A stretch of DNA of 64,000 nucleotides from Bdellovibrio sp. (GCA_036676395.1 JAKFCY010000002.1:480001-544000); one strand, 5' to 3'; numbered from the stretch's first letter, positions 1 through 9,950 are shown. Numbers and translations: made by a program. The notes: generated from the letters alone by a model not told the origin.

Positions 1-1914
<1,914 letters not shown>

Positions 1915-1985
1915 TTAAAATAATTCTCGGTCGCAAGACCAAATTTCGAATCTAACGTAATCGCTAAAAATCAATTAATACAATT

Positions 1986-2103
1986 TGCTGGTGTCTATAG
2001 CAGAGAGGTCACACCTGATCCCATTCCGAACTCAGAAGTTAAGCTCTCTTGCGGCGATGGTATTGCACGGGTAACTGTGTGAGAGAGTAGCACGATGCCA
2101 GCT
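1986..2103 (+). rRNA. rrf: 5S rRNA
   Basis: gctggtg...tgccagc terminal helix and conserved cccattccgaactcagaagttaag; lies directly after the 23S gene. Confidence 0.97.
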
Positions 2104-2113
2104 CTATTTTAGT

Positions 2114-2149
2114 AAACCCCGAGTACGCAAGTATTCGGGGTTTTTTTTT
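2114..2149 (+). terminator. rRNA operon intrinsic terminator
   Basis: aaaccccgagtac-gcaa-gtattcggggttt hairpin followed by a T tract. Confidence 0.9.
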
Positions 2150-2302
2150 GCCCAAAATCAATTGGGTTTCGTTTCTTTTCCTGCGCATTTTGAGCCTATG
2201 TCAATTCGTTAGACAGCTCGAATTAAGCTAACCCATTTATATTTCATTTTAGTAAATTTTTGACGGGCACTTTTATTGTAACAAGTCAGGTAGAGGTGTT
2301 CT

Positions 2303-3490
2303 ATGAAACTGAAACAACTTTACTATGCTCACGTCTTTTTGCTTTCCGCATTGGGCTCAGTCATAGCTTGTTCGCCAACTAAGTTTACTCCGGCAGTTGC
2401 TGTAAATGCAGACTGTACTACTGGGTGCGTGGTTAATCCTGATGGAACTAAAAAATGGGATGAAACACACAAAGTTGGAACGGGTAAGGTTGATATCTTA
2501 TTTGTTAATGATAATTCGGCTTCAATGTCAGTGGTTCAACATCGTTTAGCTCAAGCTTTTGGTGGATTTATCGAAAGACTTGATTCTCGCGAAATCGATT
2601 ATAAAATTGCAATGACAACAACTGATGCAACTAAGCTTTCTTCGACTCCATTATTATCTTTTGGCAATGGAACTACATTTTTAACCAAAGCTGATTCTAA
2701 TCGTGTTGCTCTTTTTAATGGTTCAATCGTTAGAACTGAAACTACAAATTGCGAAAATGTGATTAAATCTTTCTATAATACATATGGTCCTAGTTTTCAA
2801 ACTCGCAATGACTATGTTGCTGCTTACAATAATGCTTGTGCTTCAGGCGATGAACGTGGAATTTTAGCAGCTAACCATATTTTGAAAAATAATTCTGGTA
2901 GTTTTGTACGTGCAGATGCTCATTTAAATATTATTGTGATTTCAAATGAAGATGTTCGCAGTGGAAATACTGGATCTTTTACAACGGAAGATCGCGCGTC
3001 AAATTTAACTGCTACTGTTAACTCTGCTTTTGCGAGCAAATACTGGGAATTTAATTCAATTATTACTAAAGATGCGGTTTGTGCTCAGACGCAAAAATCA
3101 CAATTTAGAACTGCATCTGGCCAAGAAATCAAAGATCAGAACGGTAACTATGTAATTGGTGCTAACCCAGGTATAGAATACGCAGCTTTATCTGCATCTG
3201 CATCACAAGATATTGATGGTAATGCACAACCTCGCGGTCAAATTATTGATATTTGCCAAACGAACTACTCAGCTCACTTTAACAATATGGCAACCAAGGT
3301 TGCGGACTCTGCTCGTATGTTCAATTTAAAATGTAATCCTGCAGTAGCGCCAATAGTTGAAATCGTTGGTAACCCAGCGGCGACAGTTCCGCACACTTGG
3401 AATGGAAATCACATCGTGTTCAACCGTGGCTCTGAAGGTATTAATGTTCGCGTAAAATACAACTGTCCACAAACAGGTGGAGTTCAGTAA
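2303..3490 (+). CDS. Putative lipoprotein with vWA domain
   Basis: Lipobox-like VIAC after a hydrophobic N-terminus; DILFVNDNSASM gives a MIDAS DxSxS motif; several Cys pairs; RBS gaggtg. Confidence 0.75.
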   Translation: MKLKQLYYAHVFLLSALGSVIACSPTKFTPAVAVNADCTTGCVVNPDGTKKWDETHKVGTGKVDILFVNDNSASMSVVQHRLAQAFGGFIERLDSREIDYKIAMTTTDATKLSSTPLLSFGNGTTFLTKADSNRVALFNGSIVRTETTNCENVIKSFYNTYGPSFQTRNDYVAAYNNACASGDERGILAANHILKNNSGSFVRADAHLNIIVISNEDVRSGNTGSFTTEDRASNLTATVNSAFASKYWEFNSIITKDAVCAQTQKSQFRTASGQEIKDQNGNYVIGANPGIEYAALSASASQDIDGNAQPRGQIIDICQTNYSAHFNNMATKVADSARMFNLKCNPAVAPIVEIVGNPAATVPHTWNGNHIVFNRGSEGINVRVKYNCPQTGGVQ

Positions 3491-3551
3491 GAAACAGCAT
3501 AATGGATAAAGTTATCCATTGAGTCATCGCAAAATTATTCTAAGTTCGATC

Positions 3552-3582
3552 AAAGAGCGTCTTAAGTTGAGACGCTCTTTTT
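3552..3582 (+). terminator. Intrinsic terminator
   Basis: aaagagcgtct-N7-agacgctcttt followed by T-rich tail. Confidence 0.8.
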
Positions 3583-3655
3583 ATTTTTGCTAATTACTCT
3601 CGTAAAATTCATAAAAAATTCAATTTTACGAATTCAACAACCGATCATTTGTCAT

Positions 3656-4345
3656 ATGGCAATGGTAGACAGATACAAAAAATCAGGTGGCTTCATTCAA
3701 CTATTACAAGTTATTGAAACTTGTGGTCCTAAAAAGCGTGAGCAATTTATGAAAATCATAAATGAGGAAACTCCAAGATGGGGAGAAGCGATCGTAGCTA
3801 AAATGCTAAGCTTTGAAAAAATTCTTTCGTGGAAGCCAGAAGCCATCATGGAAATTACAGCACAAATGAATCCATTAGCTTTTGGTACAGCTTTAAAATC
3901 GTTACCTCAAGAGAAGTTCGATGAGTTTGCGGCGAAGCTTGGTCCTCAAGAGCGTCGTAAGTTCGAACAACTTTATAAAGAAGGTACTCCTGCGCCGAAT
4001 GAAATTTCTGCGTGCTTAGTGAAAGTGATTAATGAAACTCGTTTGTTATTCGCAGCAGGTACATTAAAATTTGATAAGATTGATCCTGATCTAACTATTC
4101 CTGACGAAATCGAAAGTAAATTAGAAAAAGGCAGCTTAGGAAGCGGTCCATCTTCTGGTGGTAATCGTACGGCTGAAGATGTAGTTAAAGAAGCTTCCGC
4201 TTCTTCAGGTATCCAATTAGGTAACCCGAATGAGGTCGATTCTTTACGTCGGAAAATTGTTGAGCTCAATAACGTGGTGATGGCTCTTAAAAAAGACAAC
4301 ACCTCGATGAAAGATAAGCTCGATAAAATCAAAAAGATCGCTTAA
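3656..4345 (+). CDS. FliG C-terminal-like domain protein with C-terminal coiled coil
   Basis: Start moved to ATG 3656 (MAMVDRYKK). Helical segment resembles FliG-C; heptad pattern at the C-terminus. Confidence 0.55.
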   Translation: MAMVDRYKKSGGFIQLLQVIETCGPKKREQFMKIINEETPRWGEAIVAKMLSFEKILSWKPEAIMEITAQMNPLAFGTALKSLPQEKFDEFAAKLGPQERRKFEQLYKEGTPAPNEISACLVKVINETRLLFAAGTLKFDKIDPDLTIPDEIESKLEKGSLGSGPSSGGNRTAEDVVKEASASSGIQLGNPNEVDSLRRKIVELNNVVMALKKDNTSMKDKLDKIKKIA

Positions 4346-4369
4346 ATAGCTTTATTTTGTAGCAACGTT

Positions 4370-4395
4370 AAAGAGAGGCGCCTAGCCTCTCTTTT
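4370..4395 (+). terminator. Intrinsic terminator
   Basis: aaagagaggc-N5-gcctctcttt hairpin plus Ts. Confidence 0.75.
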
Positions 4396-4517
4396 GCTTT
4401 TTGAGGGCTTGAAGAGCCATTTATGGAGCTTCTAGAGGCTAAAAGCTTGGCAAATCAGCTAACCCGACGAATTCAAACTTAAAATTGGGTGGAATTTTAG
4501 CTTTTGCTGCGAATTAT

Positions 4518-4546
4518 TTGACAACACAAGCCTGTCAGGATTAATT
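4518..4546 (+). promoter_or_regulatory. Candidate sigma70 promoter of tRNA-Pro
   Basis: Perfect TTGACA at 4518-4523; AT-rich imperfect -10 near 4540-4546. Confidence 0.4.
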
Positions 4547-4567
4547 TGTTTCTTCTTACGAAGTCGT

Positions 4568-4644
<77 letters not shown>

Positions 4645-4703
4645 ATTATTAAAAATCCCAAAAAAATCAATAGCTTAAAAATCCCAGATCCATTTACCCT
4701 GCT

Positions 4704-4978
4704 TTACCCCTGCCGCTTTTTATTTTTCCCTAAAGATTTAACAACATTATCAAATGTAGATCGATCTCGTTGAGCATTTACCATTTTTGTTTTCACACTT
4801 GAGTTACAAGATGTTGCTGTGAAATAGTTAAGTCGCCAGTCATATTTAAAATCTCTTTAGTGCCTCCGTGACGTAAGATATGCGTGCCGGTGTAGTCGAA
4901 GCCAGCTTTCTTATATGCAGTCGTGTAGATGTTGTAGGCCACTTTGTATTTCAAAGTGTTTCTTATGTGATGACCTAA
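4704..4978 (-). pseudogene. Tyrosine recombinase (integrase) C-terminal remnant
   Basis: Manual translation: ...AYKKAGFDYTGTHILRHGGTKEILNMTGDLTISQQHL, then a 1-nt frameshift into NSSVKTKMVNAQRD... HxLRH box at 4868-4882; expected catalytic Tyr reads Asn; N-terminal part absent. Confidence 0.8.
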
Positions 4979-4981
4979 GAA

Positions 4982-6262
4982 TTAATCGTCCACCAGTGGA
5001 ATCCGAATTTCAATATTAGTTCCAACGCCTATTTTGGATTGGATCGCCAAAGTCCCGCCGGCACTTTCTAAAGTTTTTCGTGCATGAAAGATGCCGAGAC
5101 CATTACCTGCAGCTTTTGAGTCTTGCTTTCCGAAGCTAATTTCGCGAGACCCAAGTACTTCTAAGATATGATCAGGAATTCCTATTCCATTATCCATAAT
5201 TGAAATGAGAGCAAGCTTATCAAAATATCTCAGGTTAACTCTAACTTCACCGACTGACTCAATGGATTCAATAGCGTTGTTTAAAATGTTGGACAAAATT
5301 CGACCGATATCTCCATCGTTAATATTTGTCGAAACAAGTTTGGCGTCTAGGTCCAAGCTTAGCTGGATTTTGTTCCCAACTAAGCCTTGCGCTTCTTTTT
5401 CTTTAGCTATGTTACTAATGATTTGATCGAGCTGTGAGTGTCCGTTGGCTTGAGTACTTTGATAACGCTCACTTCGCGATTTTGCATTGTTTAGCAAATC
5501 ATCTGCAATTTGATTAATTCTATTAACAGAGTTTTCTATAAGTTCTTTTTGTTCGTGCGGCAGACTGTTATCTAAAGTGCTCAATACGACATTTAATGTA
5601 GAGAGTGGAGATCGAATATCATGTGCCACTTGCTTACTTAAAGAAACGATTGCCTTATCTTTTTCTACAGCGATTGCTTGTTGTTGGTAAGCTTTAAAAC
5701 GATCTGCCATCTCCCAAGCTAAAGCCCAAGCGGCAGAAAAATTTAACGATAATGGATGTGGAATATTCGCTGTGGAAAATAGTTTTTTAAAAGACAGAAC
5801 CATTTCGGAGCTTAAGTATCTTAAAACTATTATCGAAATAAAAATTATACCTACAAAACAAAGTGAAACGACTTTTAAAAAATCCCAGGGTATCGGATTT
5901 GGTCTGCAAAAATCTATGTCGAACTCAAAATACTGCTGAGTAACACACTGTCCGTCGGCTTGAAGTTTTTTATTTCCGCTTACGAATCTATCGGGATTGT
6001 TTAGCTCAGAAATAGCTACATAATATTCTTCATCCTTAAGTGATATCTTTTGAGTGAAGTCTCGTTTGTTTGTGCTTTTTAAGTAATGTCCATTCCCTTC
6101 TAAAATTAGACGGAACTCATAGTTAACTAGATCTTTATTTTTTTGATTAGTAATAGAGATGATACCGAAAACAGTGATGGCAAAAAGTATGATAGCTGTG
6201 GAGATGATGACACCCGAAATTAATTCAGGATTTACGCGAGTTAGGCGAGAGGATGAGGCCAT
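4982..6262 (-). CDS. Membrane sensor histidine kinase (HisKA + HATPase)
   Basis: Two TM segments; H-box VAHDIRSPL; N-box NILNNAIES; G-boxes DNGIGI and GNGLGIF. Confidence 0.95.
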   Translation of the reverse strand: MASSSRLTRVNPELISGVIISTAIILFAITVFGIISITNQKNKDLVNYEFRLILEGNGHYLKSTNKRDFTQKISLKDEEYYVAISELNNPDRFVSGNKKLQADGQCVTQQYFEFDIDFCRPNPIPWDFLKVVSLCFVGIIFISIIVLRYLSSEMVLSFKKLFSTANIPHPLSLNFSAAWALAWEMADRFKAYQQQAIAVEKDKAIVSLSKQVAHDIRSPLSTLNVVLSTLDNSLPHEQKELIENSVNRINQIADDLLNNAKSRSERYQSTQANGHSQLDQIISNIAKEKEAQGLVGNKIQLSLDLDAKLVSTNINDGDIGRILSNILNNAIESIESVGEVRVNLRYFDKLALISIMDNGIGIPDHILEVLGSREISFGKQDSKAAGNGLGIFHARKTLESAGGTLAIQSKIGVGTNIEIRIPLVDD

Positions 6263-7167
6263 GAATTTATTCCTTTAATAGATTGAGTGCCCCAAGTTAA
6301 TTTATCCCAAGCAGGATTTGATGCGTATGCAACGGCAGGAAAATTTTGTGCTGGGGTCAATAAATTGATACTTATTTTATCTAGATTAAACAACTTTACT
6401 GGTGCTTTTGTAAAATCACCCTTTATTAAAAACTGAAAGGCTTCTAAATTTGCAGGTACCGAATAAAACTGTCTGTGGTCTTCAGGAATACCAACTGATG
6501 GCAATTTGACTGAGTCGACAATTTTTTGAAAATAAGAATTTTTCGCTAAAGAGATTAACAGTTTTTCTTCAGCGAGGTCGTTAAGAAAGCATGAATCAAA
6601 AATTGCTCCTAATTGTTTATGAATTATGAAACAAGTTAATACGTTGCCGGCACTGGAACTGACTTCGAACATGTAGGTTTTCCAACCATTTAAAGCCAAG
6701 CCAACACACAAAAGCTTATTTTTAAAACGTTGTACTTTAACTTTTTTCCAACCCGTTTTTTGCTGCCATGCTTGAATCAAGACGGCACGCTCTATAAGTT
6801 CTTCTCTAGATTTTTCTTGAGCCATAGAGTTAGTAGCACCAGCAGCAAATCCATTTGAGTTTTCCACTTGTGAAAAAGCAGGATTGCTACTATTTAAATG
6901 CTTTAACCACAGTCTTTCCCAAGCTTCTGCAAAAGCTTTTTGCATGGCTTTTAAATTAGATCGGTCAACACTATGGCCGATAGCTGTTTGATTAAATCCG
7001 CTAATTGTACATTCGTAAAAGTTAAAAGGAAAAAGGCCACCTGTATATTGGGCAAACTCCCAAACGATGGGAACCGTAAAACCATTTGAATCCTTCAATA
7101 AAGAAGTTTTGGACATCAGAAAATCTAGATCCCCAGGCCAGGTGAAATTATTTTCGGCGTAGGTCAT
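6241..7167 (-). CDS. Stand-alone YcaO-family protein
   Basis: YcaO motifs AMQKAFAEAWER and SNGFAAG...EELIER; C-terminal WPHPLA. Start placed at ATG 7167. Confidence 0.85.
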   Translation of the reverse strand: MTYAENNFTWPGDLDFLMSKTSLLKDSNGFTVPIVWEFAQYTGGLFPFNFYECTISGFNQTAIGHSVDRSNLKAMQKAFAEAWERLWLKHLNSSNPAFSQVENSNGFAAGATNSMAQEKSREELIERAVLIQAWQQKTGWKKVKVQRFKNKLLCVGLALNGWKTYMFEVSSSAGNVLTCFIIHKQLGAIFDSCFLNDLAEEKLLISLAKNSYFQKIVDSVKLPSVGIPEDHRQFYSVPANLEAFQFLIKGDFTKAPVKLFNLDKISINLLTPAQNFPAVAYASNPAWDKLTWGTQSIKGINSWPHPLA

Positions 7168-8554
7168 AAATACGAATTCGAGCGTCAAATTGATTCCAGT
7201 TAGAGGCATCGATATTTTCGCTTAACAAATATCGTTGTGTTCCAGTCATAAAAGGAATGGCGATAATTTTTCTCAGAATCGTTTCATGAAGGTTTAGCAG
7301 ATGTTGTTGTCGATTTTTTAGATCAACAGCATTAAATACTTGATCGTATTCTTTTTGAAAATTTACGCTCCAGGTGCTGAGTTGTCCAAACGGAGGGCTA
7401 GCTAAAAATGACCACGAGCCAGAAGCATCCTGTTGATTGCCTAAAAAAGAATAAACTCCTGCAAATTCATCATTATTAAAGGTCAAGCGATCTGTGTATT
7501 CAAACTCAGCCTTGATGTCATGATCTAAAAAAATCTGCTGCATTTTTTCTGTTAATTTTGGCATTTCTTTAAAGTTTGCACCTAATCTTATTTTGATAAT
7601 CAAAGTTGAAATGGCTTTTAATGGCTTTACATTCGGAGTGACATTTAAGCGCCCGTTGAAGCCCTTAGGGATCATCTGATCTTCCAGGAATAGTGAATTA
7701 TCAGGATCCGTTAACACCGAGACATAATCTCTGATTTCTTTTATAGCAGAAGCAAAAATTTGTCTGTTATTAATATCAAGGGCTTGTTTGTCTTGAGAAT
7801 TAAAGTGGAAAAATGTAATACTCATGGGATGCGATGACCAGATCTGTCTTGCGTTTGGTAAAACCATTTTTGTGTTTTTTAGGCTTGCTGCTGCGACGAT
7901 AGGAACAACATCGAAATGAATAGTTTTAAAAATCTGATTTCTTAAAGAAGGGTCCTTTAATTGTGTTAAAACAGCACTCATCGGCATTTCATCATTAAAG
8001 AGTGGGGAAAGTTTATTTGCAGAAAGCAATAGGGCACGTTCTGCATAGTTCCATGACTCAACAAAGTATGGTCCGACCGTTTTTGACCAACCAACCGTTT
8101 TATAATTAGAAGGGAACAAGCCTGAGTCTGCTAAAGAAAGCTCGTGAAGAATAGTAGTATCCATTTCAATTGGAAAATGAATTTTTAAAACACGCTCAGC
8201 TTCTAAAAACGTCACCTTATCAGCTAAGCTTAAATATTTAATATGCCTTTTGCTTCCAGTTCGAAGTGATTCTATCCATCCTAAAATTTCTTCTGAAGTA
8301 ACAGGGGTCCCATCAGACCATTTTCTTTGTGGCAAATGAAACACCCAAGTTTTTGGATCTTCTTGATAAAACCGATCAGCAAGACACCCTTCATAACCTG
8401 TCGCTGAAAACTTAGAATCTCGCACCAGTCCACAAGAAATATTTTCAAGTAAGTAATATTCCCAAATAGTTTCTGTATTATCGGGATCAAGGAGAGCTGG
8501 GGTTTCCTTTAGAAGCACAACTGGGAATAAAATTTTTATTGATGGCTTAGACAT
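7148..8554 (-). CDS. Family-5 (OppA/DppA-like) solute-binding protein; N-terminal anchor lies out of frame upstream
   Basis: LDP...ENISCGLV, KWSDGTPVTSEEI, VGPYFVESW and C-terminal IAIPF pattern typical of SBP_bac_5. Confidence 0.85.
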   Translation of the reverse strand: MSKPSIKILFPVVLLKETPALLDPDNTETIWEYYLLENISCGLVRDSKFSATGYEGCLADRFYQEDPKTWVFHLPQRKWSDGTPVTSEEILGWIESLRTGSKRHIKYLSLADKVTFLEAERVLKIHFPIEMDTTILHELSLADSGLFPSNYKTVGWSKTVGPYFVESWNYAERALLLSANKLSPLFNDEMPMSAVLTQLKDPSLRNQIFKTIHFDVVPIVAAASLKNTKMVLPNARQIWSSHPMSITFFHFNSQDKQALDINNRQIFASAIKEIRDYVSVLTDPDNSLFLEDQMIPKGFNGRLNVTPNVKPLKAISTLIIKIRLGANFKEMPKLTEKMQQIFLDHDIKAEFEYTDRLTFNNDEFAGVYSFLGNQQDASGSWSFLASPPFGQLSTWSVNFQKEYDQVFNAVDLKNRQQHLLNLHETILRKIIAIPFMTGTQRYLLSENIDASNWNQFDARIRIYDLRRK

Positions 8555-8635
8555 AATTTCCTTTTTAACAAAGATAGCAAAAAAAAATGCTATAGTTAAA
8601 AAAAAACTGCTAAAGATGATTTTAGCCTAGGAGTT

Positions 8636-8857
8636 TTAATCATTTTTTTTAATCGCTGTACAGTCCGTCGGTCCACAGTTTACGAGCGCACTATTTTCTT
8701 TCAAGTCTTTAATATCTATTTTTTTAATGTCGTTAACCTGATTTTTTTTATGTTCAGTTTTTAAGTCTTGGTTAATTGGACCAATTTGCAATTTAAATGC
8801 AGATGCTGTTCCAGCAAACATCACAATCGAACCAAGTAAAGATAAAAGCATTTTCAT
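8636..8857 (-). CDS. 73-aa secreted peptide, candidate YcaO substrate (RiPP precursor)
   Basis: RBS aagggg before ATG 8857; signal peptide MKMLLSLLGSIVMFAGTASA; C-terminal NCGPTDCTAIKKND; first gene of the operon. Confidence 0.7.
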   Translation of the reverse strand: MKMLLSLLGSIVMFAGTASAFKLQIGPINQDLKTEHKKNQVNDIKKIDIKDLKENSALVNCGPTDCTAIKKND

Positions 8858-9130
8858 AAATAGCCCCTTTTTTGTCAAAAAATACCACGCTGTTGCCAGA
8901 TTTTCCATATTCATTTCGTTAGTAAGTCTTAAAATAGAAAACTATTTACTTTTTACAATTAAATCCGGTTATCGGATTTATGTATGAGTAATTTTGTTGT
9001 GGCAGCCGCTATAAAAGACTGTCTATAAGGATTGAGTCAGAGTTTGCTCATCTCAATCAGGATCCAAACAACTTAAGTACTAACTAGCTGACTTTACTTG
9101 TTATTTATTCTCAAAATAGGACTTTACTTA

Positions 9131-9150
9131 GGTGTACACCAAGTGGTACT
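9131..9150. promoter_or_regulatory. Candidate TA operator
   Basis: Perfect palindrome ggtgtacacc (TGTACA core) followed by a second gtac site, about 30 bp upstream of the antitoxin. Confidence 0.6.
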
Positions 9151-9171
9151 ATCTAAATTAGAGGTATTTAT

Positions 9172-9429
9172 ATGCAAAATACAAATCCAAAACAATTTCG
9201 TGCTGAAATGAAAGATTACCTAGAGCTTGCAGCTAAGGAACCTATCCGCATTCAGCGTCGTGCCGGTGATTCTTATATCTTAGTTAAAGAAGAAGCTTAT
9301 CAAGAAATGCAGAACGAGATTTTATCTCTGCAAAGACGCTTACTTGGTATGTCACAGGCTGTTTCTGGACAGACTCAAGAATATAAAATTGGTGATCGAT
9401 CTAGATTAAAAAGACTTACACGAAAGTAA
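9172..9429 (+). CDS. Phd/YefM-family antitoxin
   Basis: N-terminus NPKQFRAEMKDYLELAAKEPIRIQRR...ILVKEEAY fits the Phd fold; RBS gaggt. Confidence 0.85.
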   Translation: MQNTNPKQFRAEMKDYLELAAKEPIRIQRRAGDSYILVKEEAYQEMQNEILSLQRRLLGMSQAVSGQTQEYKIGDRSRLKRLTRK

Positions 9430-9432
9430 TCT

Positions 9433-9768
9433 GTGACCAAATTTATTTTAACAGACCAGTACAATAGCTCACTTGAGCGTATTGAAGACCATATTCTTAC
9501 AACAGCAGATATTTCTCATGTAGAAAAGTTCTTAGATGAACACGATCGCTTATTAAAGTTTATCGAACAAAACCCTGCAACTGCCGCAGTTCATCCACTC
9601 ACAGGAGACCAAACTTGGGTCTTTGCTAGTGGGCGATATCGCGTATTTTATAAAGCTGTTGATATTAGTGCCACGCTAACAATCTTCATGACCGATATTA
9701 TCGACAATCGTGAATTAAATAAGAAAATCTATCCTGCGAATAGTATTCCGACTTACGATGAAGATTAG
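9433..9768 (+). CDS. RelE/ParE-family toxin
   Basis: 111 aa, 3 nt downstream of the antitoxin; LERIEDHI, NP and YRVFY motifs. Confidence 0.75.
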   Translation: MTKFILTDQYNSSLERIEDHILTTADISHVEKFLDEHDRLLKFIEQNPATAAVHPLTGDQTWVFASGRYRVFYKAVDISATLTIFMTDIIDNRELNKKIYPANSIPTYDED

Positions 9769-9929
9769 AAATTTTTAAAAGCGCAGTGAGTTGATAAAAC
9801 TCATTTACCCCTGCCGAACATGCACCTCGATAGATTTTAGTGGATTTTCGTGGACCTCGACATCTTCTAAGTTGTTGATGACACTGAAATCCGTAATCTT
9901 TTTAAGAGCTTGAAACAGGGGTGTAAGAG

Positions 9930-9950
9930 CCTATCGCCCCGACCAATTAT
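9930..9950 (+). repeat. attR core (21 bp)
   Basis: Identical to 4629-4649. Confidence 0.92.

Noticed and set aside
2265..2280. Sigma54 promoter GGGCAC-N5-TTGT (and a similar TGGCA site near 8885-8899 on the minus strand)
   Set aside because: The -12 GC dinucleotide is missing in both; too weak to call.
8858..8914. 92-aa version of the peptide ORF starting at 8914
   Set aside because: The RBS and signal peptide fit ATG 8857; the extension would bury the signal.
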